The notes under the pieces were generated by a model. It had not been told where the DNA came from. It was given only the letters and a program-made list of their open reading frames with translations, and made no database searches. Positions 9,777 to 18,467 of a DNA stretch of 64,000 nucleotides are shown here, piece by piece. The first letter of the stretch is position 1. Every line of letters starts with the position of its first letter. A program made the translations under genes and the position numbers. Source of the stretch: Kofleriaceae bacterium (lineage in GTDB: Bacteria > Myxococcota_A > Polyangia > Haliangiales > Haliangiaceae); contig JASGLC010000003.1 in assembly GCA_047600425.1 (NCBI GenBank), forward strand, positions 5,155,832 to 5,219,831. Reading direction: 5' to 3'.

Positions 9777-11403
9777 CTACTTGGCGCAAGCGCGACCGAA
9801 GATCGTCGATGACGATGTCGATGCGACCGCTTTACACGTGTACGACGTCGGGCAGCCCGTATCACCAGCGCACGCCGCCGTGCACTTCTTCCCCGAATTG
9901 CCCATCGTCACGCACAGGTTGCCCGGGCCACCGCAATCGGTGTTCGTGGAGCACTTCTTCCCGAAGTTGGCGGTGGTCGCGAACGGGTGCAGGTGCGGGT
10001 CTTCATCGATGCCGTGAATGCCGTACATCGTGTGGAACGTGGCATCGCTCGCCGCGGCATCGAGCTTGGTCAGAAGCTTCATGATGTTCTGCGGCCGCAT
10101 CCGATCCTGCGAGTCGTGCGCGAGGATGTGCGAGATGAAGTCTTCGGTGATGATCGCGGTCGCCGCGTTCGAGAACGACATCGAGGTGATGACGTCGACG
10201 TTGTGACCGGCCTTGTGCGGGTTTTCCTGGAGCGCTTCGCCGATCTGATACGTCTCGCAACCTTCCGCGAGGACGACCTGATACTTGTCGGCGAGGTCGG
10301 CGGTGCGCATGTCGCTGTCGTCGAAGTCGCCTTCGTTGGTCTTGTTCCAGTTCGCCATCGAGAAGCCGTAGAACGGACCCGCGTGACCGTCGAAGATCAC
10401 GACGTCGCGCTTCTTCATCGACTCGCGAAGGTCAGCTTCGAGGACCTTGCCGCCGGCATCGGTCTCGGTGTCGTTCTCCGCACCGGGCTTGCCGAAGAAG
10501 ATCCGGACATCGATCTCGACGTCTTTACCATTCGCGTCGAGGTGGCGAACGAACGGCCCACTCGTGTGCGTGAGCTTTTCCCACGAGCTGACCGGCGGCG
10601 TGAAGCCCTGGTCCTTCAACCAGCCGAACAGAATCCTTCGAATGCTTGAGGTGGAAATTGTCGTGATAGTCCCAGCCGAAGTGGACGTCGATGTCGAGCA
10701 CGCCGTCGGAGACGAGCTTGTTCGTGTCGAAGAACGCGTCTTGCGACACGTGCGTGTCGGGCGCGATCGTGAACGTCATCGTCTCCTTCTTCGCGGCGTC
10801 GACCTTCGACGGATCCCACGCGTCCCACGGCGCCTGGCGGTACCACTCCTCGTCGGTGACGAGGTGGCTCATCTCGTCGTTCGTGGGCTTGCCGACTTCG
10901 AGGTCGAACGTCGACTTGCCGCCGACCGTCTTCACCTTGAGCTTGCTCATCAAGTTCTTCGGCCCAGCCGCGAGCTGCTTGAACGTGAACGTATAGGTCA
11001 GGCCGTCGGCGCCTTGGGTGACCGCGAGGTCGGTCCACATGCCGCCCTTCGCCATGCCGCCGAAGCCACCGAAGTGGAAGTTCGCGTCTTCATCCTCTTT
11101 GTCGACGAAGTACTGGGTGACGAACCAGGCGATCGCGATCTGCTTGTAGCCGATCAGCTTCTTCACGGCGGCCATCTTGTCGGCGTCGGACTTCGTCGCG
11201 TAGCTCGCGTCCAACGTGACCGAGGACTTGCCCTCGAGCGTGTATTCGATCGCGTTCGCCGACAGGAAGTTGTCCTCCTTGCCCTCGTCGACCGCGACCG
11301 CGTCGTCCGGATCGTCGCCCACGGCATCGGGGCTCGTGCACCCCACCAACGACGACAACACGACAAAGCCAAGCAAACGCATGATGCGTCGCGCGTAGAG
11401 CAA
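9777..11403 (-). pseudogene. Secreted lipoprotein split by an apparent single-nucleotide frameshift near 10600-10620 (pseudogene or assembly error). Cys-rich C-terminal tail.
   Basis: ORF 10525..11403 has a lipoprotein signal (MRLLGFVVLSSLVGC) and protein-like sequence up to ...HFGWDYHDNFHLKHSKDSVRL, then degenerates (VEGPGLHAAGQLVGK...). The +1 frame over the same bases reads protein-like (LKDQGFTPPVSSWEKLTHTSGPFVRHLDANGKD...) and continues as ORF 9777..10619 with no proper start (TTG only). The two ORFs overlap by 95 nt. The C-terminus is KKCSTNTDCGGPGNLC...KKCTAACAGDTGCPTSYTCK. Confidence 0.55.
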
Positions 11404-11453
11404 GCTCCGCGCCGAAATGCCTCACCGTGCAAACGCGAGGTTGCGCGACGAGA

Positions 11454-12017
11454 TCAGGTGGCTGGTGGAGTAGCCGGCAGGAACACGTGTTGCCGGTAGA
11501 ACCGCAGCTCGTCGATCGACTCGCGAATGTCATCGAGCGCGCGGTGGGTCTCTTTCTTCTGCGGCTGCTTCGCGGTGATCGCCGGATACCAGCGCCGCGA
11601 GAGCTCCTTGATCGTCGACACGTCGACCATCCGGTAGTGCAGGCGCTTCTCCATCGCCGGCATGTACTTGCGGATGAACCGGCGATCCTGATGGATCGAG
11701 TTGCCGGCGAGCACCGGGCGCTCCTTGGCCGGGACGTGCGCGTTGATGAACGCGATCGTCTGGGCTTCGGCATCCGCCTCGGTCAACGTCGACGCCTTCA
11801 CGCGATCGACCAACCCCGAGCCGCCGTGATGCTTCTGATTCCAGTCATCCATCGCGGCGAGGATCTCGTCCGATTGATGGATCACGAGCTCGGGGCCCGT
11901 CGCGATCTCGACGAGGTTTCCATCCGTGAGGATCGTGGCCATCTCGATGATCCGTTCTTTGGACGGATCCAAGCCGGTCATTTCCATGTCCATCCAGACC
12001 AGAACGTCCGCGGGCAT
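11454..12017 (-). CDS. orn: Oligoribonuclease.
   Basis: [15 protein letters not shown]...[10 protein letters not shown] aligns with the E. coli Orn N-terminus ([23 protein letters not shown]). DEDDh exonuclease motifs. 187 aa. Confidence 0.9.
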   Translation of the reverse strand: MPADVLVWMDMEMTGLDPSKERIIEMATILTDGNLVEIATGPELVIHQSDEILAAMDDWNQKHHGGSGLVDRVKASTLTEADAEAQTIAFINAHVPAKERPVLAGNSIHQDRRFIRKYMPAMEKRLHYRMVDVSTIKELSRRWYPAITAKQPQKKETHRALDDIRESIDELRFYRQHVFLPATPPAT

Positions 12018-12026
12018 GCCGCGACA

Positions 12027-13406
12027 CTACACGATGTGCAGCGTCGCGAGCGAGTCATCCGCGGCGTGAAGACCTTCGCGCAGGATGGCATCGCAGCCGG
12101 GCTCGAGCGCGAGCAGGGTCGGAATCACGTCGATCAGGTCGCGGCGCGAGCAGGTCGGTAGCCGGCTCTCGACGAGCGCACGTGCGGTGACGGGTTCGAG
12201 GGTCGCCGCGTACGCGTGGATCGCATGGCCGTCCAGCCGGGCCACGAATTGGGGGAGCAGACGCCGGTTGCCGTCGATCCAGCGCTCGACATAGTGATCG
12301 GCCTTGGCCATCGCCGCGATCGCGAGCGACACCGTGATCGAGTCGAGCTTCACGAGATCCGCCTCGCACGCGACATCGATGTAAAAGCGCGCCTTCGCGT
12401 CATCGCCGGTCTCGACCGCGTGGAGCGCCGCGCGAAACAGCTCGCGAAGCTGCTCGATCACCGGCGGCTTGCGCTCGACGATCCAGCGCCGCACGAACGT
12501 GACCGTGGTGGCAACGTCCGACGTGGCGGGATACCGATGCGTCTCGCCGGCGAGGAACCGCATCGCATCCGTGCGGCCATCCGCCATCACCCGGCTCGCA
12601 TGCTCGTGCGCGAGATCATCGAGCGCGTGGAGGTCGTTCGCGATCTTGATCGCACCGACGATCGCCGCGAGCGCGCCATCGGGGATGTCGACCGATGCGC
12701 ACGCCGCGTGATCGCGTGCGGCCCACGCCACGAACGCGCGCATCGCGGGGTGATGCTCCGCGAGGCGGTGCGCATCGATCATCGCGCCGAGCTCGACGAG
12801 CCGGAGGATCATCTCCGGTTGCGAGGCGATGTTGTAGTCGACGAACGCGAGCACGTCGGCCGGTTTGTCGACGGAGTAGGCCGCCACCGTGCGTTCGCGA
12901 TCGTCGTGCGCCGGCCGATTCGGCATGTGCGGGAGCCCTGCGCGTACGGCGGCGCAATCGAGCAGGAATTCGACGCCTTCGTAGCGCCGCGCGTTCTGCT
13001 GGTGCCGGACCTTGTCGCCGGTGGCGTACAGCGCTTCGCACCACAACCGCGTGGCCATCCCGATCGGATCGCGCGAGGCGACGGTCGCGATGATCTCGCG
13101 CGCGTGATCGCGAATCGGTTCCGGCAGCCCGATGATCGCGAGCACCTCGAGCGTGGTGCCCTTCGGCGCCGCGATGCTCTCGTCGTACGCGAGTGCAGCG
13201 AGACGCATGTCGCCGCGTTGCCGAGCGAGCCGCGCTAACGAGACGGCGCGCGCGCGTGGATCCGTGAACGATCGAGCCCACGCTTCGGCGGCGGCCGGAC
13301 GACCCGCGCGATCGACGACGAGCGGAAACCACACCGTCATCGGATCTGCAGCCGCGGCACGACTCGCGAGCGGCATTCGCTCGGCCCACCGGTCCGCGAG
13401 TGTCAC
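12027..13406 (-). CDS. Hypothetical alpha-helical protein, paralog A of a tandem family.
   Basis: 459 aa. The N-terminus MTLADRWAERMPLASRAAA...FPLVVDRAGR and the C-terminus ...LIDVIPTLLALEPGCDAILREGLHAADDSLATLHIV are clearly homologous to the 15526..16989 protein (MIAEEWTEQFAPASLAAA...FPLVLARAGR; ...LVELVPAIVAIEPDAGSVLRHGWRIAEDHLATLHSI). No recognisable catalytic motifs. Confidence 0.6.
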   Translation of the reverse strand: MTLADRWAERMPLASRAAAADPMTVWFPLVVDRAGRPAAAEAWARSFTDPRARAVSLARLARQRGDMRLAALAYDESIAAPKGTTLEVLAIIGLPEPIRDHAREIIATVASRDPIGMATRLWCEALYATGDKVRHQQNARRYEGVEFLLDCAAVRAGLPHMPNRPAHDDRERTVAAYSVDKPADVLAFVDYNIASQPEMILRLVELGAMIDAHRLAEHHPAMRAFVAWAARDHAACASVDIPDGALAAIVGAIKIANDLHALDDLAHEHASRVMADGRTDAMRFLAGETHRYPATSDVATTVTFVRRWIVERKPPVIEQLRELFRAALHAVETGDDAKARFYIDVACEADLVKLDSITVSLAIAAMAKADHYVERWIDGNRRLLPQFVARLDGHAIHAYAATLEPVTARALVESRLPTCSRRDLIDVIPTLLALEPGCDAILREGLHAADDSLATLHIV

Positions 13407-13448
13407 GGTTTCGACACTACACGAACGGTCGGGCTTTACTAGATCCGG

Positions 13449-15524
13449 TTAATTCGCAGCGAGGCGGAACGTCGCGAGAAAATCGTCGGCTTGCACGATC
13501 GCGGCACGGAGCTCCTCGACGGAATTCGGCGCGATCACGAGCAACGCGGGCAACAGCGCCGTGAGCTCGGCGGCCGTGTTCGCACGCGAAATTGCGGCGC
13601 CGAGCCGAGCCCGCGCGAGCTCGGGTTTCTTTGGATGCAGCGCGCGGACGTGCGCATCGACCGCCTGCGGAGACAAGAGCGGCATGACCTCTTCATCCGT
13701 GTCATCGGGACTCAGCTCGTGGAGCTCCGTGATCCCGAGCTCTGCCCACGCGATCACGATGCGGTCCTCGAGCCCGTAGACGCGCAGGCCGTAGGCCGTT
13801 CGCAGCGGCGCGAGTGCTCGGTCGAGGAGCTCGCGGCCTTCCGCCGGTCGTCCCGCGCGGATCACGTGCGCGGCTTGGTCGAGCAACGTCTTCGCGTGCC
13901 GCCGGATGCGGATCTGCGCTTGGCGATCGAGATCGGGTGTCCACGCGGCGAGTGCGCCTTCGACGATGTGTGCCGATCGAGCAGGTCGATCCGGGAGCCC
14001 ACCCGCGAGATAGCGCTCGCGCGATTCGCGATTCGTCTCGACGATCGTCGCCGCGATCTTCGCGAGCAGCTCGTCGATCGCACGCACCGGATCATCGGCG
14101 AGCACCGCCGTCAGCACGTTCGCGTGCTCGCGTTCGCCGTCGGTCAGGAGCCCGAGCGTGTACGCCTCGTCGAAGTCCTGGTCCTTCGCGAACAGCGCCG
14201 CGCGTAGCTCGTCGCGAGGGAGGCCGGCCAGCCAGCCCGCTTCGACCGCAGCGAAGCCGTCGGTCAGGTGCGCGCGAGCGAGCGCCTGCGCTTCGTCGAC
14301 CCGCTGGAGCGCGAGCAACTGTTCGACGGCGGGACCGAGCGCGCGCGTGGTGGCGTACAAGCGATGGACGTCGTTGGCAGACCTCGCGGCACGGAACAGC
14401 GTCGGCGTCGCATTCCACGTGACGACCGTCGCGGCTTGGTAGTCCGCGAGGATCCGATCGAGCTGGGGCTCGTCGCCGGACGCCCACAACGCGGCGCGGA
14501 TGCCGAGCTCGTGATGTTGATGGCGAGAGCCGGCGGAGTCGCACTCGAGGAGCTCGCGAAGTCGTTGGCCTTGCTCTGCGTTGCGCGGATCGCTCGCATA
14601 AACCCACGCCGGCGCGACGCTGCCGCCGAGGTCGTCTGCGAGCTGAATGCACTTCCCGATGGCAAGCTCGCGCACGATCGGATCCGCGATCCCGAACCTC
14701 GCGATCAGCTCGACGAGTGTTTCGTCGTATGGCGCGCGCCGCCACGCTTCGCGCCAGGCCTCCCAATCGCTCCGCTTGCATGCGAACCACGCGCGCAGGA
14801 TCGGATCGTCGGCGATCTCGATCCAGGCTGCCGTGGCCGCGGGGGCATGCGCTTCGAGCGCGTGAGCGATCAGCGCGGTTCGGGTGGACGCGAGCTCCGA
14901 ACGAACGGCGCGCTGCAAGGCCTCGCACCACGCGGAGACGAGCCGGTCGACACTCGGCACCGCAGGTCCAACCCCCGCGATCGGGCGGCGGCGCTGCCAG
15001 CGCATCGCGACCTGGATCGTGTGTTCGGGATCGCGATCCCACGTCGCGTCGAGCCCTTCGGCCCGCAACGCGGCGACGACACGTTCACCGATCTCGCCGG
15101 CGGGATGCTCGGGCGAGCCATCGAAGCGAACGTGCAGCACGCCGTCGACGATCGCGTGATCGGTATCCTGCTGGTGATAGAACGCGTACCCGTCGACGCG
15201 GCGCCGGTGGTAGCGAAGGCGCGCGACGTCCTGGTGGATCTCGTCGGTGCCGCAGGTGCGGCAACACGCGTAGTGCTGGCGCGCGACGATGCACGAGTGA
15301 TCGAGCGTGGCGAACGCGCGGTCGAGGCGATCGCAATCCGTGATCGCCGGCCACGTGACCATGTCGCGCTCGCGGTCGTCGAGTGCATCGGAGAGATCGA
15401 GCTCCTCGGGATCGACGTCGAACTGCTCGGCGACGCGATCGATGACATCGTCGGGAGCGTCGGTGCCGATCGCGAGGCGATGGCGCAACGCCGAAGGGAT
15501 GTCGAGGTCGGGCGGGGCGTACAT
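13449..15524 (-). CDS. Hypothetical protein. N-terminal Cys/His-containing domain plus a C-terminal region shared with the flanking paralogs.
   Basis: Start placed at ATG 15524 (MYAPPDLDIP...), 1 nt after the upstream stop (TGAcATG). The N-terminal ~180 aa (…HYACCRTCGTDEIHQD…YAFYHQQDTDHAIVDGVLHVRFDG…) is a compact domain. The C-terminus LTALLPALLVIAPNSVEELRAAIVQADDFLATFRLAAN resembles the paralog C-termini. The ORF-track N-terminal 83 aa are Ser/Arg-rich and likely not coding. Confidence 0.55.
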   Translation of the reverse strand: MYAPPDLDIPSALRHRLAIGTDAPDDVIDRVAEQFDVDPEELDLSDALDDRERDMVTWPAITDCDRLDRAFATLDHSCIVARQHYACCRTCGTDEIHQDVARLRYHRRRVDGYAFYHQQDTDHAIVDGVLHVRFDGSPEHPAGEIGERVVAALRAEGLDATWDRDPEHTIQVAMRWQRRRPIAGVGPAVPSVDRLVSAWCEALQRAVRSELASTRTALIAHALEAHAPAATAAWIEIADDPILRAWFACKRSDWEAWREAWRRAPYDETLVELIARFGIADPIVRELAIGKCIQLADDLGGSVAPAWVYASDPRNAEQGQRLRELLECDSAGSRHQHHELGIRAALWASGDEPQLDRILADYQAATVVTWNATPTLFRAARSANDVHRLYATTRALGPAVEQLLALQRVDEAQALARAHLTDGFAAVEAGWLAGLPRDELRAALFAKDQDFDEAYTLGLLTDGEREHANVLTAVLADDPVRAIDELLAKIAATIVETNRESRERYLAGGLPDRPARSAHIVEGALAAWTPDLDRQAQIRIRRHAKTLLDQAAHVIRAGRPAEGRELLDRALAPLRTAYGLRVYGLEDRIVIAWAELGITELHELSPDDTDEEVMPLLSPQAVDAHVRALHPKKPELARARLGAAISRANTAAELTALLPALLVIAPNSVEELRAAIVQADDFLATFRLAAN

Positions 15525-15525
15525 G

Positions 15526-16989
15526 TCAGATCGAGTGCAGCGTCGCGAGGTGATCCTCGGCGATCCTCCACCCATGGCGTAGCACGCTCCCGGCGTCGGG
15601 CTCGATGGCGACGATCGCGGGGACGAGCTCGACCAGGTCGTGACGCGTGAGCCGGCGGCGCTCGGTAACGAGCCCCTTCGCGAGGATCTGTGCGGCGCGG
15701 ACCTTGTTGGTTGCCGCGACCGCACGCGCGTAGGCCCCGAGTGCGCGTCCGTCGATGCTCGGCAGGATCGCATCGGTGAGGTTCGCGACCTTCTCGATAT
15801 CGCCGATACGCGCCCACGCCGTGATCGCGAGCGACAGCGACGTCCGATCGCGAAGCAGCGTGGTCAGCGGCACGCCATCGATATGCTCGAGCGCGTTGCG
15901 GGCGGACGCGCGCTCGCCGTGGGACGACAGGTGAGCACTCGCACGCAGGACCGTCCAGATCGCCTGCGGCGTGGCGCGGTTCTGTTCGATATCGCGTTCG
16001 GCGCGTTCGAGCTCGCGTGCTGACACGCCGGGATAGATCGGCGGCGCGCCGTCGAGAAAGCCGAGGAACGCGGCTTGATCGTCGCCGAGGATCGCGACCA
16101 GGTGCGCGTGCGCCAGCTCGTCCAACCGCTCGGCCGCATCGGGTTGAATGCTCGCGTAGATCGCATCGACGAGGAGCGGCGTCTCGTCGAAGCCGTCGGT
16201 CGCACGCTGGGCCGCGGCCGCGCGATCGAGCTTCGCCATCGCATCGCGATCGGCGATCGTCCAGGCGATGATCGCCCCGAGTGTGAGGTTGTCGCCGGCG
16301 AGCCGGAGCGCGACCGTGTTGCCGCCGAGCTCGAGCAAGCGCTCGATCACGACGAGCGTGGGGTTCGAGAACGACTCCGCACTCGCACGCAGCTCGACCA
16401 AGGCTTCGGGCTCGCGCAACGCGGCAGCGACGATCCGGAGATCGAGCTCCGTCGGTGGTGGATGGTGCGGCATCTTTCGCGCGAGTCCGGCGTGCGTGGC
16501 CGCGGCATCCAGCAAGAGGTTCGCGCCGTGATGCTCCATCGCGAAGCGCCGCAGCTCGTCATCGTTCGGTTGCGCCCACAACGCCGTCGCGTAATGGACG
16601 AAGTCGACCAGATCGATGCGCGGTTCGGCGACCGGGCTCGCGAAGTGAACCGCACCATCGCGCTCCGGGTCGTATCCCAAATAGGTCATCGCCTCGAGCA
16701 CCGTGCCGCGCGGTGCCGCGACGGCCGTCTCCCATGCACTCGCGCGCAACTCCGGGATCACGAGTGAGAGCCGCGCTCGGGCGATCGCACGCGTGCGCAG
16801 ATCCGCGGGTGCGCCGGCCCACGCGATCGCCGCCGTCTTGCGTCCGGCGCGAGCGAGCACGAGTGGAAAATGCGGGACCAGGCCCTTCGTCGCCGCCGCA
16901 AGGCTCGCGGGCGCGAACTGCTCGGTCCACTCTTCGGCGATCATGCCGCGTGCAGTCGCGTGACTTCGTCGTCGGGTGGCAACCCCCAA
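15526..16989 (-). CDS. Hypothetical alpha-helical protein, paralog B of the tandem family.
   Basis: 487 aa. N- and C-terminal similarity to the 12027..13406 protein as described above. It overlaps the 3' end of the upstream gltB-like gene by 49 nt. Confidence 0.6.
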   Translation of the reverse strand: MGVATRRRSHATARGMIAEEWTEQFAPASLAAATKGLVPHFPLVLARAGRKTAAIAWAGAPADLRTRAIARARLSLVIPELRASAWETAVAAPRGTVLEAMTYLGYDPERDGAVHFASPVAEPRIDLVDFVHYATALWAQPNDDELRRFAMEHHGANLLLDAAATHAGLARKMPHHPPPTELDLRIVAAALREPEALVELRASAESFSNPTLVVIERLLELGGNTVALRLAGDNLTLGAIIAWTIADRDAMAKLDRAAAAQRATDGFDETPLLVDAIYASIQPDAAERLDELAHAHLVAILGDDQAAFLGFLDGAPPIYPGVSARELERAERDIEQNRATPQAIWTVLRASAHLSSHGERASARNALEHIDGVPLTTLLRDRTSLSLAITAWARIGDIEKVANLTDAILPSIDGRALGAYARAVAATNKVRAAQILAKGLVTERRRLTRHDLVELVPAIVAIEPDAGSVLRHGWRIAEDHLATLHSI

Positions 16990-18458
16990 CCGGGCTGATA
17001 TTTGTAGATCTCGCGCGCGGACTGCGGACCTTCAGGGCCACCCACGATCGCCAACTGATCGAGCGTGACCAGCGCCGGGTGCCGCACACCGCACGCGTGG
17101 GCGAGGTGCGTGAGCTCCTTGCGCAGCGTGGCGAGGTAGTTTGCGAGGCGCGCCGATTTCAGCGTGGGATCCAGGCCGCGCACGAGCCACTTGTTCTGCG
17201 TGGCGACGCCGGTCGGACAATGATCGGTGTGACAGCGCTGCGCTTGGATGCAGCCGATCGAGAGCATCGCCTCGCGCGCGACGTTGATCATGTCGCAACC
17301 CAAGCCGAGCGCGAGCAGGCCCGCCTCGGGGAACCCGAGCTTGCCGGAGCCGATGAACACCACGTTGTGATGCACGCCTTGTTCGGCGAACGAGCGATAG
17401 ACCTCCGAAAACCCGAGCCGGAACGGCAGCGCCACGTGATCGGTGAACACGAGCGGGGCCGCACCGGTGCCGCCTTCGCCGCCATCGATCGTGATGAAGT
17501 CCGGCGCGCGCTTCGTACGATCGATCTCGCGTGCGAGGTCCTTCCAGAACTTCGGATCGCCGACGGCGCTCTTGATCCCGACGGGCAACCCGGTCGCATC
17601 CGCGAGCGATTCGATCCAATCGAGCATCGACGACACGTCGGAGAACGCGCTGTGGCTCGCCGGCGAGATGCAATCGCGATCCATCGAGATGCCGCGGATC
17701 CGCGAGATCTCCGGCGTGATCTTCGCCTTCGGCAACACGCCGCCGAGCCCCGGCTTCGCGCCTTGCGACAGCTTGATCTCGATCGCACGGACCTTCGCGG
17801 TCGCGATCGATTCCTTGAACTTCTCGAGCGAGAACTTGCCGTTCGCATCGCGACAGCCGAAGTAGCCGGTGCCGATCTGCCAGATGATGTCGCCGCCCTT
17901 GCGGTGATAGTCCGAGATGCCGCCTTCGCCGGTGTTTTGCAGGGCGCCCGCGAGCGCGACGCCGCGATTGATCGCCTCGACCGCATTCGGCGAGAGCGAG
18001 CCGAACGACATCGCCGACGTGTTCACGAGCGACGTGGGCCGGAACGCGTGCTTGCGGTTGCGATAGCCGCCGAGGACGCGAATCGATGGCAGTGGATAGT
18101 TGTGATCGAAGCCGGGCTCGCCGGGATGGGGTGTGCTGATCGGAAACGCCGAGTGCCGCACGAGGATGTAGCCGGGCTTCTCGATGTCGTTATCGGTGCC
18201 GAACCCGAAGTACTCGTTCTCGCGCTTCGCCGACGAGTAGACCCAGCGCCGTTGATCGCGCGAGAACGGGCGCTCTTCATCGTTCGACGTGACGATGTAC
18301 TGGCGCAGCTCGGGGCCGAGCGCCTCGAGCCAGTACCGGAAGTGTCCGACGATCGGGAAGTTGCGCACGATCGCGTGGCGCTTCTGCGTGATGTCGTGAA
18401 TGAACACGATGATCAGGAATGCGCCGAAGCCGGCAGCCACCCAAGCCCAAACGGACAT
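16941..18458 (-). CDS. FMN-binding glutamate synthase family protein (GltB domain-2-like).
   Basis: N-terminal TM helix, then ...GAKPGLGGVLPKAKIT...ITIDGGEGGTGAAP...VVFIGSGKLGFPEAGLLALGLGCD, the glutamate-synthase central-domain motifs. 505 aa. Confidence 0.8.
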   Translation of the reverse strand: MSVWAWVAAGFGAFLIIVFIHDITQKRHAIVRNFPIVGHFRYWLEALGPELRQYIVTSNDEERPFSRDQRRWVYSSAKRENEYFGFGTDNDIEKPGYILVRHSAFPISTPHPGEPGFDHNYPLPSIRVLGGYRNRKHAFRPTSLVNTSAMSFGSLSPNAVEAINRGVALAGALQNTGEGGISDYHRKGGDIIWQIGTGYFGCRDANGKFSLEKFKESIATAKVRAIEIKLSQGAKPGLGGVLPKAKITPEISRIRGISMDRDCISPASHSAFSDVSSMLDWIESLADATGLPVGIKSAVGDPKFWKDLAREIDRTKRAPDFITIDGGEGGTGAAPLVFTDHVALPFRLGFSEVYRSFAEQGVHHNVVFIGSGKLGFPEAGLLALGLGCDMINVAREAMLSIGCIQAQRCHTDHCPTGVATQNKWLVRGLDPTLKSARLANYLATLRKELTHLAHACGVRHPALVTLDQLAIVGGPEGPQSAREIYKYQPGWGLPPDDEVTRLHAA

Positions 18459-18467
18459 GGCCCCAGT

